Of a stretch of DNA of 64,000 nt, positions 14,865 to 29,454 are shown piece by piece; within the stretch, counting starts at the first letter, position 1; each line of letters starts with the position of its first letter. The stretch lies in NCBI GenBank assembly GCA_051294375.1, contig CM119269.1, positions 19,567,936 through 19,631,935 of the forward strand, given 5' to 3'. The notes under the pieces were generated by a model, which saw only the letters and a list, made by a program, of their open reading frames with translations, was not told where the DNA came from and did no database searches. A program made the translations under genes and the position numbers. Origin of the DNA: Paraspadella gotoi. Lineage: Eukaryota; Animalia; Chaetognatha.

Positions 14865-15318
14865 TGTAATTGAAGCAGAACCGAATTTTGATATAGGATG
14901 TCAAGAAGTTAATAAAAATTGTCATGTTTAAACTTTTAGGATTTTTTTTAAAAAAAATTGTGAAATGAGATCTGAAGGTTTTATGAAAAATGGTCGATTA
15001 TGTAAAAATGGGGAAAAAAAAAGATCACTTAGCAATTTTAGTTCCCGTTCGGAAAACAACTTGATCAACGTAAATATGGCAAATATCACCTAGTGAAGTA
15101 AATCCTTCCCAAATATATAAAAAAAAGAAAAACAATTATTATAAGTACTTGGCAATAAGCAAAAAAGCTATTGTGAACGACGTGGTTAAAACAGCGCAAT
15201 AACATTCTCGAAAATAACGTGTTTTTTTTTAGCTCTTCTTTTACGGAACCTCAGAGGAGCAAAGAAAATTCAAGGTCGAAGGAAAGAGAGTTTTTCCCCT
15301 TGTACTCTACGACCGCTC

Positions 15319-15386
<68 letters not shown>

Positions 15387-15547
15387 CCTTTAGATTTATC
15401 TCTCTCATAGAATAGCAAAAATAAGTAGTTTTTCACAGCTTTCTTAGAATTTTAATGTCTAGTTTAAACTAAAATATATAAACCAAAATTTTTTTGGGAC
15501 AATTGACAACACTTTTTACGATTTTTCTTTTCTTTTTCTTTCTTTAT

Positions 15548-15623
<76 letters not shown>

Positions 15624-16978
15624 TTTTTCCAATCTCTTTCTTTTTTTTCACGCTTTCGTCTCTATACAAATTCTTCAAAACCCGGCGCCGCTTTTCTCAG
15701 CATGAAGGTAATGCGACTTTTATTCAGATCTGCTCTGGAGAAATTCCGTCTAAAAACCTTAAAAGTCGAAANNNNNNNNNNNNNNNNNNNNNNNNNNNNN
15801 NNNNNNNNNNNNNNNNNNNNNNNNNNNNNNNNNNNNNNNNNNNNNNNNNNNNNNNNNNNNNNNNNNNNNNNNNNNNNNNNNNNNNNNNNNNNNNNNNNNN
15901 NNNNNNNNNNNNNNNNNNNNNNNNNNNNNNNNNNNNNNNNNNNNNNNNNNNNNNNNNNNNNNNNNNNNNNNNNNNNNNNNNNNNNNNNNNNNNNNNNNNN
16001 NNGAGAGAGAGAGAGAAAGAGAGAGCTATCAGATCGCGCTCTTTATTTTTTTAATATAATTATTTTTTAGCCGTTTTTATATTCCAATCGAGCCTTCGAT
16101 TCCCCAACTAATTTGCATATTGACAGCGCGCTCGTTTTTAAAAGTCATTAGCTAAATGGCGCGTGAACGGCCATTTTTCTTTTCCTTCTAATTTTTTTTC
16201 TTTTTTTAATTTTTTTTNNNNNNNNNNNNNNNNNCTCTTGCAAAAAATAAAAAGCACAGCAAAAAGACGAGAAAAAAATGTAAACAAAAACGACGCGGAA
16301 AATGGAAAAAAAAAAAAGCTTTAAAAAAGGTAAACAAAAGAGCAGAAGGTTTTTACGACTCGAAAACAAACATCGACGCTCGGAAATTTCGCCTCCTCGG
16401 TTCGCGTGAGAAAAGAAGAGGAAAAAGCTTAAAAATCTCGTGACGGGACGACAAGGGGGGGCGGTGGTGAGGTGGTGGGAAGGTGGAAAAGTGGGAAGGT
16501 GGGAAGGAGGGATGGACAAAAGTCAAAAATAATTGTCGTCATTGGTGCTGCTCTTAACTTTTTTTTACGAAAAGCAGCGTTGTCACTTTCATCTCATTGG
16601 CTGTTTGCTCGTTGATAATATTCGAGTCGCAGTTTTCGTTGCTAAGGATGTTTTCGTTGCTATGGATGTTGTCGTTGTTTTTCCGCCTCCTTATCGTAGT
16701 TTTTTTACAGCGTCGGCGCCGTCAACCCATTAGTGGGCATCGTCCTCATTTGCGTCATCGTCCGTCACTCTTGTATTTCTGAGTGACAAGACGTCTTAAT
16801 CATTGATTATGTTTTACTAAATTTGATTACATTAAAACATTTGGTTTTAATTTAGTCCATTTTGGGTACATACGACAATTACTTCAAAAGTAAGTATTCG
16901 GGTAAACCAAAAAAATGAAAAAGAGGCCTGGTAAAGTAGAAAGTGGAAAGACCAAAACAGAGAGAGAGACGAGAGAGA

Positions 16979-17016
<38 letters not shown>

Positions 17017-17675
17017 GAGACGAGAAGAGAGAGAGAGAGAGAGAGAGAGAAGAGAGGAAATGGTTTGAAACTCCATCGTTCTCTTCCCCCCCCTCTCCAC
17101 GCCTCGACCCGACGATTCTTCCATCCCGGTGACTGTGATTAATTTCCTAGTTCGTTTCTTTCTTTTTTGCTTCAAAATCTTAAGTTCCAAATTCATGTGA
17201 ACTCAATGCTGTGCGACGCTACGGAATGCAGCAGGATGCTGCGTTTTAATACAGCATATATCCGTGCGACAACATCGCAGTCTACGAGATTATTATGGGA
17301 TGACTCCGACTAAGAAGATCTATCAAATACGACGAGGCATGAAATTTTGAAAAAAAATGGATTTTGGTTGATTTTAAGTTATGTTTTAATATTCAAGCAG
17401 CGACATATGTATTAAAAAGCGTCAGTTGAAGGAACGTCCAATAAGATACAATTTAATAGAAAAACGAAAAAAAAATACGACCTATAATACGCACTAGTTG
17501 ATCAGAAAAATGAGCCAATAAAAATATTAAATACATCGAAGTTTTTAAAAAAATAAAATAGAAAAACTCGGAGAAAAACGTTAAAAAGAAATCCGAGGAT
17601 TGAGTCGCAGAAGGGAAAAAGGCCAGGCTTTGCTTTACAAGGACGATAACGACATCGCCGGAGCTTAAGCTCACT

Positions 17676-17891
17676 CTGCTTTTTTTTTGTTTTTTTATGT
17701 TTCATGAAGCTTTTTTCTTTTTCGCCGCTGAAGCTTTTTTTTTCTCTGTTTTGTTTCATTGTGCGAACGAGAAATGTATCATCTGCGCCTTCGTTTCCGC
17801 GCGACTGAAACGCGGGGATTGCGTCGGTGGCGCCGTCGTTGTTGTTGTCATCCGCCGGTGACGCGGTCTCAATCGGTCTCGCCATCATTTC
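17676..17891 (-). CDS. Possible exon (MMARPIETASPADDNNNDG...KKTKKKQ)
   Basis: Acceptor ccgcatttctcag and donor A|GTGAGC flank an open frame. No homology recognised. Confidence 0.25.
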
Positions 17892-18135
17892 TGAGAAATG
17901 CGGAGAGAGATTACGAAAGGCCTGGTTTTTCATACGCGCTCGTTACTCCCGGGTGTTTTAGTTGTGCATAGAAGCTATGCAATACCGTAATATTTTTTTC
18001 AGGGAAATTTTTAAAGAATATGATTTAAAAATGGAAACTCGTTTTTTTTTAATTTTTAACGAAATTGTTTTAAAAATTTAGGTGAGAATAAAGCTAAAAT
18101 GTCTCCATATTTTATAACACCATTATTTTCATCGA

Positions 18136-18172
<37 letters not shown>

Positions 18173-19125
18173 GTCATTGTGATCGTCGTCGTCATCATCG
18201 TAATCTACGAAGCATCTGCTCGAGAAGAACCGATAAATTTCTCTATTCTATCGCCTTTTTTTCCAATCCTGTCTGGGGTTGAAAAAATAACGCGAAATAA
18301 AAAATATCTCCAGAAAAATTAGAGGAAAAAAAACATGAAATTTTATATTTTGAATAAGTAGGATATGATTTTATTCACTGTTTGGTACCGCACTGATTTT
18401 AATATCATGATACGTTTTTTTTTTTTTTTTTATTCTCAACGATAATTGTTTTACTTATATATTCAACTAATGAACAATAAATAAATGTTTTTTTTTCTAA
18501 AAAAAGATTTATCGATAAAGAAAAGAATTTGAATCGAAGTTAAAAAAGTTTGTTAATCCAATTACAATTTTTTTTACTCCATTTTCGATTTAGAATATTT
18601 TCTTTTACGATCGCTGTGTTTTTTGTGTTTTTTTCGCGTCTTTTGTTTATTTGTTTCCTCTTCGACAGAGGGCACGGTCGCGACCCTCGATTCCGCCTCA
18701 CAGAATTCAAGGAGAACGCCAAAAAAAAAAAGGGAAATCAGAAGTCTTTTTTATGGGGCGAAAAAGAGAATGACGACGACGACGACGACGACGACTATTC
18801 GATTCGACGAAAAGGAACGTTTATATTCCCCGCAGACACTTTTCTTTTCCTAATAAAAAAAAAATCGTGGCGCCGAAGTGAAGAAGGCGAAAAATGTGTT
18901 ATGAGGAGAAGAAATGTAGAACAGGACGGAGCACGTTGGCTTTTTTCGCTTCCCTCAGACTCCTCTCCTCCTCCTCCTCCTCCTCCTCCTCTTTCTCCTC
19001 CTCATCCACGTAATCACAGTTCTCTCGGACAGCGGGTCTGGGATACTGAATTGAAACATGCACAACTCGGAAGAGAGAGGGAACGAAAAAAAAAGGAAAA
19101 AGGGTAACGAGAGAAGGAGATAGAA

Positions 19126-19207
<82 letters not shown>

Positions 19208-19235
19208 GTGGAAATCCTTTCTTCGCTTCCTCTGT

Positions 19236-19319
<84 letters not shown>

Positions 19320-19392
19320 TTCTCCTTCGCATCTTTTTCTAGTTTTTTCTTTCCTCCCTATTTCCGGACGCGGCTCGATTAGACGAAAAACC

Positions 19393-19580
19393 TCACGTGA
19401 CGAAAGAAAATTCTGCCCTTCTGATTGGTCCGGCCAACGTTCCTTCGCACAGATTGGTCAGAAAGGCGCACCGGTTTTCCTGATTGGCCGGCTTCACGCC
19501 AACGGACGTTCATTGGCCGATTCAACGCTTCTCGTCTTTCAATTGGTTGAGGAGTAGAAGGAAGTCGTGGATTGGCCGGC
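19393..19580 (-). promoter_or_regulatory. Array of six phased CCAAT (NF-Y-type) boxes plus a TCACGTGA E-box
   Basis: ATTGG at 19424, 19453, 19483, 19512, 19542 and 19571 (spacing 29,30,29,30,29) with unrelated spacers; flanks fit the RRCCAATSR-like consensus on minus; TCACGTGA at 19393-19400. Confidence 0.6.
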
Positions 19581-20153
19581 CTGCGCTTGGGCCGCTTTAC
19601 TGCATCAACCCACGAGAAAAAGGAGGAAGCGGAGGAGAAGGAAGAGGAGAATTGAGAAGGAAACGAATTCATCGACCCGGTGAACGGAGGAAAGAAGAAA
19701 AAGGAGGAAAATAGAAAAAAGGAGGAAAGGGATGGCAAGGAAGGAAAGAAAAAGGGGAAAGAAAGGAAAGAAAGGGAGAACGTTTATGATAGAGATAAGA
19801 GATGTTAAATGAAAATGAAATAACCAGACAAAAAGAAAAGAGAGCTGGCAAATAAAACGAGAGGAAGGAGGAAGAGGAAAGAAAAACAGTGGAGCAAAAG
19901 AAAGAAGATTGAATAAAGAGAGTCAAGGACGACAGCCGGAATAGACAATTTTTTGATCGACAAATCCGATGGATGGAACTTGCAAGGAGGATAGAAAAAG
20001 ACAGACGAGCGGGACAAGATAGACAAGCAAAATAGACGGGCGAGCCAGGAGTGCGAGGGATGAGGCGAAGAAAAAAAAACGAAATAAGGAAGAAAAGCAG
20101 AGTTAGTCGAGAAGAAACAATTAGAAAAGTGGAAAAAAGAAAAGACGGGAAAC

Positions 20154-20224
<71 letters not shown>

Positions 20225-20225
20225 G

Positions 20226-20264
<39 letters not shown>

Positions 20265-21891
20265 AAAAAGAAAAAAAGAAAGAAAGAAAATAAATGAGGG
20301 GAAATACAGAAAGTAAAACGATAAAAAAATTAGGAAAGAAAAAAAATTTTGTTTATACTTTTTACTTTGTAACAAAAAGTTAAACCGTATGAATTCTTTG
20401 AAAACTAATTATATAATTGTTTGAGAACCGACTGTCGATGAAAATGAAATAAGATTACTGACGTCATAGCAAATTGTTCGATGACGACTTCCACAACGAG
20501 GACGACAACGACGACGACGATTGCGTCAATTTTGATGATGATGGTGATTATAATTATGTTGATGATGATTACGATGACAGTAATTGAGCAAAGTGAACCA
20601 CTTAAAAATTTAACGTCGTCATTATGATAAGCCTCTGATTAGATAACAACCTTTTTTCGCTATCATTTTTTGCCTTACGTTTCCCTACATCATTTTTTTC
20701 CCTCTTCTCTTTCTCGCCTCACGCAATATTGCATTTTCCCCTTTTTTTTTCTTTTTTTTTTCCCCATTCATTTCTTATTTCTTTCTGTTTCTTTTTCTCT
20801 TTCTCCTTCTTATTCTTTTTATTCTCGAGTTGCTTCAAATTTTATGATTTTCCCGGTGGCTGCTTCTCTTTGGCGGAAGAAGAGACGATGGGGAAAAAAA
20901 TGGGTAAGGGCCGCTTTCCAGGCGGTGGGGATTTCAGCCTGCAATCTCTTTCTTTCTCTCTCTTTCGGTTCATATCTCCCTCAAATAAATGAGGCTATTT
21001 TATGTATTTTTCTTCCGGACTCCTTGACGGCCTAGTACCTACTAAATTTGAAATATTGCTAAGTTTCTACATACATTATTGTATCCTTCAAAATATATTA
21101 TTATAAAAGATGCACGAAAATATTAATACGGATATTATTTGGGTGTTTATTAAGGAAATTAAGGAAATAAAAATTAACAAAAACGGTAATTCCAATCTGT
21201 TACGCCGTGTACTTCTGGGTGGTCACGTGAAATGTATGAGAAACTAACGTCCTATGGTTACATTGGTTAGTCACTTATCTAGTTTCAACTAAAACAACCA
21301 AATATTACACGAATTATAATGCAATTAGATTTATAGAGTTGCTCCGCGAGTACACGCGGCGCAAATAATAATGGTTAGTAAATTCGAACTCTTTGCAATA
21401 TAATACTTATCATCTTTATTTTTTTTTGCATAACTCAACTTTTATTTGGTTTTCCTTTTTTAAAGTGGATTTTTTTTGGGTTTTGTTTTTCATCTTTTGT
21501 TGTTACTCGTTAAAAATATTTTTTTAAGTTTTTTTAGCGAGATAAGAGAAATGACAAGAAGTGAAAAAGCAAAAGACATCAGCAATAAAAACCCGAGAGT
21601 GAAATACGAGAGAATATTAATAACATCTACACGAGAAAGACGATAGGGGATTACATTAATGGCGATAGACACGCGTGTCGTGGATCTCGCTACCTTCAAT
21701 AAAGCCGAGCGGACGATTACGGGGGAGAAGCGTAGAGAGAAGAGACCAGAGAGAGAGAGAGAGAGACGTAGATAGCTATGAGAAGATTGAGACGAGAGAT
21801 TGAGGAGAGATGACGATGGAGGTAGAGTCACATCGATGACGAGGCAGGGGAGAGAGAGAGAGAGAGAGAGAGACAAGAGAGACGAGAGAGA

Positions 21892-21950
<59 letters not shown>

Positions 21951-22070
21951 ATTGATAGGATTCGAAGAAGCTGTGAATGTTGAAGAAGGAAGAATAAGAT
22001 TTGAAAGAACGAGACTCCGCGTGAGGAGAAGAGAGAAGATTAGAGAGAAAAAAGGATCAGAGAGAGAGAG

Positions 22071-22160
<90 letters not shown>

Positions 22161-22296
22161 AAAAGCTAACGTTATCAGCTGAAATCTTCTTACACGAATT
22201 CTAACTTTACGTAACGTTATCATTACTCAACTAAGAAATGTTAATAATATACATTATCAAAGAAAGAAAAGAAAGGAGAAAATAAAGCAGAAACGA

Positions 22297-23691
22297 ATGC
22301 GCAAAGAGCCAAACAAAGGAGCAGCGAAACGCTCGATCAATCAACGAAATCGCTGGCGAAATTTTCGGGATATGTCGGCGCCGGAATTGCCAACGGCGCT
22401 GCCGGAGCCTCGTTCGCCGGTACCGTTTAAAGCAGCGCCCGGGACTTTGCTTCCGCTGACGCCGCTTCCGCTGACTTCGCTCCAGCAAATGCAGTTTCCT
22501 TTCACGTTTGTTTCCTTTTGTATTCCTTTCACTATTCGTTCTACCATTTTCGTCCCCTTGCCATTTTTTACGAGTTCCTCCTTCGCAACAACCACAGTCA
22601 GTTTGAAGGAGTTTCCCTACATTCAAACTAAAAATATTTCCATCACCACTATCGCTTCCACCGCTTCCGTTCCTTATCCGCTTCCGCTTTCGCTGTTTCA
22701 CCCCCCTCAATCGCTTTCGGGCGCGTGATTGATCACGTTTCTCGCGCTCGCTTTTGACGGCGCCCGACTGACGCTTTTTGGCCGCCACGCCTTCTACGCA
22801 ACGTCTGCCACCCTTTAGCCGCCACCTCAACCACCTTTCTATAGCCTCCACGTTAAGGGCCTCCCGTTAACAATTTCCACAACCAGAATCAGCCACATGG
22901 CGTCTCACTTTGACCACCAACCGTCCACTTTTATTCTCTTTCGCCCGTTTCGTGTATACATAGTTTACTAGTCTTTTTAACAATCCATCACATTACACGG
23001 ATCTCAAAACGCAATACCTGTTTCGCTTCCATGAAGTAAACCAACAACCACCACCTTTTTTCAAAACTAACCCCATATTTCGTTCATAATTTTTGACCAG
23101 ATTTTTTTATATATTTTTTCCACTTTTTTTTCTTTTATAATTTTTTCTTTCCTTTTGCTTATTTTCCCTTTTTTTTTTATCAATTTTTTCCCCTCTTTTT
23201 TCCCCTTTTCTCTTATGTGTATTTTGTTCTGACTCTACTATCTCCGTTTTTTTTTTCCTTCGGCCTTTTCCTTTTTTAATTCTCATTTTTCTTTCTTCTT
23301 TCCTCCCTTTTTTTTATTTCCCTATATTCTTTCCTTCCTTCTTTCCTTTTATTTCCCTTCCGACTTTTGGTCTCTTGTATGGAATTCTTGTCAAAAGGAA
23401 ACCGATAGACCGAATTCGCCGTCGTCTCGTCAAGGCCGTTTGCCCCCGCCCGAGCTTGCCTCATTTTGCCCTTGCCCTCCAATCTTATATCCTTGCACCC
23501 TTCCACCCTCGCATCACCCTTCCACCTTTCCCAATTTTAGCCGTCGAACTCTTCCCGTTTTGCCCTCAGCAAACTCTCTGGTTTATGTTTACTATTTTAA
23601 AATATTTTTCAATTATCCCCCTTTAACTCTCTCTACTTTACTGTCCGTATGATTTCTTTCTACACTCGGCCGCTCCCCAGGACCCACCCAC

Positions 23692-23751
<60 letters not shown>

Positions 23752-24115
23752 CCTCTCTCTCTCGTCTCTCTCTCTCAAACAGAGTCAACCCCCTCTAAGA
23801 CCAACGAGAGTCTAAGGATTTTCCCGATTCCAAGTCAATGCCATCCTCCAATCCGCAGTTATCGATGCCATTGCAGACGCCAAAGCAAAGGGACTCGCGA
23901 TGCCATTACTGGATTTTCGATGTCATTGTAGTCAAACCCTGTCGGGCTTTAATTTGACGCCGAAGCAAACAGATGATTTATGGCGAAATTTTAGGCGCCA
24001 ACAGACGAGGGATTTCAACCGAAATAAGCATAACTCCAGATGCCTTACGGACGCGAATGTCGCCAAGCCTCACCAAATTGAACGAAAAGGCTCTTTTCTA
24101 ACACGATATTTGTAA
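22297..24115 (+). CDS. Putative multi-exon gene, P/T/S-rich N-terminal part, possible BEN-like C-terminal domain
   Basis: Open frames at 22297-22728, ~23398-23580 (...SLPHFALALQSYIL...) and ~23819-24115 (QVNAILQSAVIDAIADAKAKG...DDLWRNFRRQQTRDFNRNK...). Splice phases do not fully reconcile, probably because of indels. Confidence 0.35.
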
Positions 24116-24155
24116 AATGTACGTAGAATGTTTAAAATATAGACCAGAAAAAAGG

Positions 24156-24215
<60 letters not shown>

Positions 24216-24501
24216 TTGATCTGGTGATTGATTTATAGCGGAAGCGAAAGGAAAACCCGACTTCGATTCAGCGAAGGAGAAAAACGTGAAAAGTCAAAAA
24301 GTCGTTTCGAGCAGAAAACTTAAAGAAAATTAAACATTTAAAAAACCCTCTCAAGTTTATTTCACTATTTTAAACCAGTTACCTAGCACGATTATTACAT
24401 TTTTATTGATAATAACATTTATAAAGCAGCATTACAGTGTATATATATATATACACTGTCAATATTTCAAAAATACGAAGACGTAAAAACGTAATTAGGA
24501 T

Positions 24502-24607
<106 letters not shown>

Positions 24608-25167
24608 CTTTCTCATTTACTGCCGCAGTCTGTAGATTGTTGTTGTTGATGCAGTATCCGCGGCTCAAGGCTTTGGACGCTCGTTCGCTCGTCTCGTTGT
24701 TATTGTTGTGATTGTCTTCTTCATTGGCATGCCCCTCCGCACGCTTCCCTTGGATCAGAGATTCTTATCTAATTCACTTTTGGTCTCATCTTTTCTTTTC
24801 TTCTCTTTTCTTCTCTTCTCTTTTCCTTCCTCTAAACAAAAATTGTTCTATATTTCACGTTATCTGTTTCTTTCAACTTGTCTAGATAACTCCTCTGTAT
24901 CGCTCTCTCTCGTCTCACCTCTCTATCTCCATCTCCCACGCTTTTGTCTCATCTTCTCTCACCACAGTCTCGCGAAGGAACGAATCTCACATTTTTCTCG
25001 ACGAAGTGAGATGAAGATTTACGATGCAGCGAGAAATGGTAAATGGCATGAGTCGAGTTATGAGTTGAATTATTGGCTGAAATGATGATAAGATTAAAAA
25101 TTTTAACACATGAAAAGCTTAAATACGACTGAGGGGGACACAAAATAAAAACATTAGAAAAGATATC

Positions 25168-25582
25168 TGAATTTGGTACAACCAATATAAAAATTATCCA
25201 TTCATCTAATAAATAAGCTATCTTGCCATTGACTTTGGACAGGCTTTGGTGGTTTAAGGCCTCCATCTCTCTTACAAGATAATAACATAGCAGGTCCCTG
25301 CAAGCTTTCAATCAAGACTCTCTCACAGTCTCGTTTATTCACCCCCAGAGTACTTGGCTTCCCTATCAATGAAGTGGTATAATATTTCAAAGAATGTTTC
25401 AATTGTATGAAAAGACCACTCCCTTATGTATTAGATCGGGGAATACTTATTGTACTCCGCACTAGCATCAAAATACAAAGAGCTGAATTTTATGAAATTG
25501 GTACAAACAATATAAAAATTATCCAATCATTTAATAAATAAGCTATCTTAACTCTGACTTTTGACAGGCTTTGGTGGTTTAT
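25168..25582 (-). mobile_element. Penelope-like element 3' relic (GIY-YIG C-terminus) with directly repeated end
   Basis: Minus frames give SGLF..KHSL/YHFIDRE/LGVNKRDCERVLIESL...KRDGGL, fitting the PLE endonuclease tail H..H.IDW...R..ES....NRD.G. An ~85-bp direct repeat lies at 25170-25256 and 25496-25581. Confidence 0.55.
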
Positions 25583-25724
25583 TCAATTTTCTCTCTCTTT
25601 TCTTTCCCTTTTTTCTGTAAACTAACATTTTATCATTTATCATTTAAAAATGTAACAGGTTTAAAACTATTGCGAATGTTCACGATGTTTTGAAAGCATG
25701 AAACAAAAAATTCAAAATGGCGTC

Positions 25725-25761
<37 letters not shown>

Positions 25762-25880
25762 CCTCTCTCATTTTCCTCAACGCTTTGGGATCAAAACATA
25801 ATCCTCGAGGCTGCTTCCTCCCTTTTTTCTTCGCCACAAATTTTGTCCTCTCTCCTCTCTCTCCTCTTCTCCCGTCTCTC

Positions 25881-25926
<46 letters not shown>

Positions 25927-25929
25927 TCA

Positions 25930-25967
<38 letters not shown>

Positions 25968-26610
25968 TCCCTCCTTATCTTTCTCATTTCTTCACTGCAA
26001 CATACGTATTTTTAAAATGTTTTTCGTAAGGATTCAGATTAGAATAAAACTTAGGTATCTAAAAAAATTACTTAGAGCAACTAGACAAGACAAGCATAAT
26101 TTTAGTAGTGTACAATTCCCAGTTCTCTTAATAATTCTTACATACAGCTGTCTATCAGAAAAGAGAAATTACTGCGAGATATTCGGATCTGATCTCTCAC
26201 AGTTTGACGATACTCACTGACAGGGAAGTTTTTTTTTGTTGATGTCGGAAGCATTACATAATTTTTTCGAAATAAATAATCTTTTCATTGTTTTATTTCT
26301 TTAGCTGTTTCTTCATTTCTTGCTTTCTTCTAAACTTTCTTTCTTTCTTTCTTTTTTCTAGCCTTGTTGAAGATCCTCCTCTCACGCCCTTTCTACAATT
26401 TACCTTGCCATTCTTTCTCTTAAGGTTTTTTGCTGATTTTATTTTTCTTTTCTTTTCACCTTTTACCCTCATTCCTTCTCTCTCTCTCTTATCACTCACC
26501 CATTTGTTCTTTCATTGTGATTAATCCTTTTTTTACCGACGACGACGACGTCATCGTAACTTTTATCTTCGTTGTCGTCATTATAATCGTCATGAAATTG
26601 TATAACCATC

Positions 26611-26693
26611 TTATGGAATTGGTACAACAATAATAAAAATTATCCATTCATTTAATAAATAAGCTATCTTGCCGCTGACTTTGGACAGGCTTT
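26611..26693 (-). repeat. Third, isolated copy of the 25170-25256 repeat
   Basis: ttatggaattggtacaacaataataaaaattatccattcatttaataaataagctatcttgccgctgactttggacaggctttg is nearly identical to the two copies at 25.2-25.6 kb. Confidence 0.85.
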
Positions 26694-27587
26694 GATTTTG
26701 TTATCATCGTTGTCTTTAAGTTTATCTGAATCTTTGGCGCATTCTGCTATTTTAATTTTCTCAGTCTTAGTGTGATCAATTTGGATTTTCTCATTGTCAT
26801 CCATCCTCGTCGTCTTTATTCGTCGACTTCTTCTCCTTCGTCGTTTTCGTCTTCTTTTTCGTCGACTTCTTCGTTGTCGTCGTCGTCGTTGTCGTCGTCG
26901 TCGAGCCAAAAGGTCGACGCTTCTCAGGATTCGATTGAATTCTCTCTTTTCGTCTTTTTGTCTCCTTCACTTTTTTTCCTTTGTCTCCCACTGCTTTTGA
27001 CTTTTGTCCTTTTATAATCTTCGTAGTCTCGATTCTAGACTATCTGTGTGAATCTGTCGGAATGTCCTCACGCTCTACTCACAGAACACATAAAGCAGAT
27101 ATCGAAATTGCCATTTTAATTCTTCAGTTGATTGGCCCGATTTTATTTTAATCTTTAATTCTACAGGGTTTTTCTTTTCTTTCCTCCATTTCTTTTCCTC
27201 CTCTCCTTTCCTCCGTTTGTCTTTTTGTTCTCGTCAGTTTTGTCTTTTTTTTGAGTTATTTCCCGTTTGTTTACACAAACCCGAGGAGAAAAGCGTGATT
27301 CATGCCGAGTTCATGTCACTGTTCAAAAACAAAAAAAAAGCGTATTCGTCTTCAACGTCGACGTTGTGTTCGTCGTTGTTTTGTTCGTCGTCGTTGTCAT
27401 CGTGGTAATCTTCGTTGTCATCGTTGTCATCGTCATGGAGGTCTTTGTCGTCGTTGTCTTTGTCCTCGTGACTATGTAAAGAGTCGTGAAATAAAAACGT
27501 ACGTAGGTTCCATTATTGTCTACGTTATTGTGAGGTCAAGGAAGGTCTTTCTGTCATTTTCAGCTTCTGTATTGTCAGAAAGAGAGA

Positions 27588-27672
<85 letters not shown>

Positions 27673-28981
27673 ATAGAGACAGACTGTGATTGGTTTTGTT
27701 GTCTGTGACTTCGCTCGTTTTTCTTTGCTTTGAAACGTTCCCTTTTTTTTTTGCGTCTGATTTTTTAACAAGGGGATCATTTTTCTCCCCCAAACTTTCA
27801 TTTGTTTCTCGATCAGTCCATTATTTTGTAAATCTTCTCCGCTGAAATTTCTATAATTATTTTCAGCCAATGAGAATCGCTGTAAATTTTTCCGTCGAAT
27901 TGAAATCACAAAAACCAGCAGGATTATAATTTTCTTTCGAAACGAGAAACAAACAAAGAGATTGGAATGGAGACCCGTATGTAAATTGTAATTGAGAGAG
28001 AAATATGCTGGCTCGTTGAGAGAGGTGGGTAAAAAGGGATGAGGTGGGAGAGCGAGACGGATGGCAAGAGGTGAAAAGAGAGATTAACTTTATGCATTGA
28101 GGCTTATATCATATTTGGATTTCATGTCACTTCTTTTCTTCTATTTCACTTCACACTCCCTTTAGAGCGTCATCTCTTTTTTGTGGATCATTTTCTCTGC
28201 TTTAACCATTAACGGAAATAGAAAGAAAAAAAAAGATTCGACTTATGAAATTTAATTCTAACTTTCAATATTATTTTAAAGGAAATTCAATTATAAATAT
28301 ACTTTTTATATTTTTCTCTCTCACCGTCACAAAAACATCCTCGAATGAAATCGACCGTCACTGATTCGTTTCCACCAAATTTTCGCTCCATGAGTCAAGG
28401 AATCACGAGCCTCATTAACTTTATCGATTTGTAGGTGAAATGTGGGTCAATGGGTTCATGAGAGAGAAAACAAGATTGTTTACAATCGTTCCACTGGAAG
28501 AGCTACAAATGATAAAGTATTTTTGATTTTCATTGTCTAAAACAAGTTAAAAAGAATAAATAAGAAAAACCCTATACGTTTTAGTGTATAATTGTATGTA
28601 TTTTTTGACTTAATATAAAGTAACCTAATTTTAACGCTCGTTTTATTAGCAAAACCTGGAAAATTGAAATCGATTTCTATCGGCCAAACCCCGCTTACTG
28701 TCAGAGCGGGAGAGAGAGAGAGAGAGAGCGAGAGAGATGAACGAGAGAGAGAGAGAGAGAGAGAGAGACGAGTGAGAGAGAGAGAAAAAGAGAGATGTAC
28801 TAGAATCGCCCCCCTGATTTATTTCGCTTGCGACCAAAAACAATTTGACTCATCGAGACTAATAGAGATTTTCGTTCGAAAAGTCATTCAGCTGCTCCGA
28901 CTACGAAAAGGACAACGACGATCAAATAAGTCAAAATAGATCGACTTCACTTTTCATTAGGATCGATTTTTCCCCCGAATA

Positions 28982-29347
28982 ATGAATATGGATTGGAGGA
29001 GACCTTACCCCGATCCTCACCAACGCGCTTTACCCGATTTCGTCCCACGGATAGCGATCGAGGACGCAGCCGTAATTGCGCGTGGGGGCGGGGCCGTAGG
29101 AGGAGGAGGCGGGACGCCAGTCCAGCGCTACGTCGAACCCCATCAACGCAGCGAGGGGCGAGGCTTCAACATCAACCGAACCGGGTACAACCTCAGCAAC
29201 GACAACAGCAAAACGCGAGGCATCGACAACGAAAGTTTTCGCGATAACACTTATCAGAACATCCGCGATTACGACGGCGACAAGGGCGACATCTATCGCA
29301 ACATTCCTGACATGTTTATCGGTGACGCGAGCGTTCGGATGAAGCAG
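28982..29347 (+). CDS. Exon 1 of a tail-anchored YxN-motif protein gene (122 aa)
   Basis: Acceptor ttttcattag at 28960, ATG at 28982, clean frame MNMDWRRPYP...YQNI...YRNI...RMKQ, phase-0 donor CAG|GTAGCT at 29347/8. Confidence 0.7.
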
Positions 29348-29454
29348 GTAGCTAAAGCTCTCTCTCTCTCTCTCTCTCTCTCAATTCGCTTCGACTGCGA
29401 AAAAGAGAGAGAGAGAGAGAGAAGAGAAGACGAGAGAGAGAGAGCAGATGCGGA

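Noticed and set aside
19424-19575. CRISPR-like repeat/spacer periodicity
   Set aside because: The repeat is only ~5-9 bp, the context is eukaryotic and there are no cas genes.
22341-22620. Minus-strand GNAT-like KNGKGTKMVERI
   Set aside because: Weak match, and it is antisense to a longer plus-strand frame.
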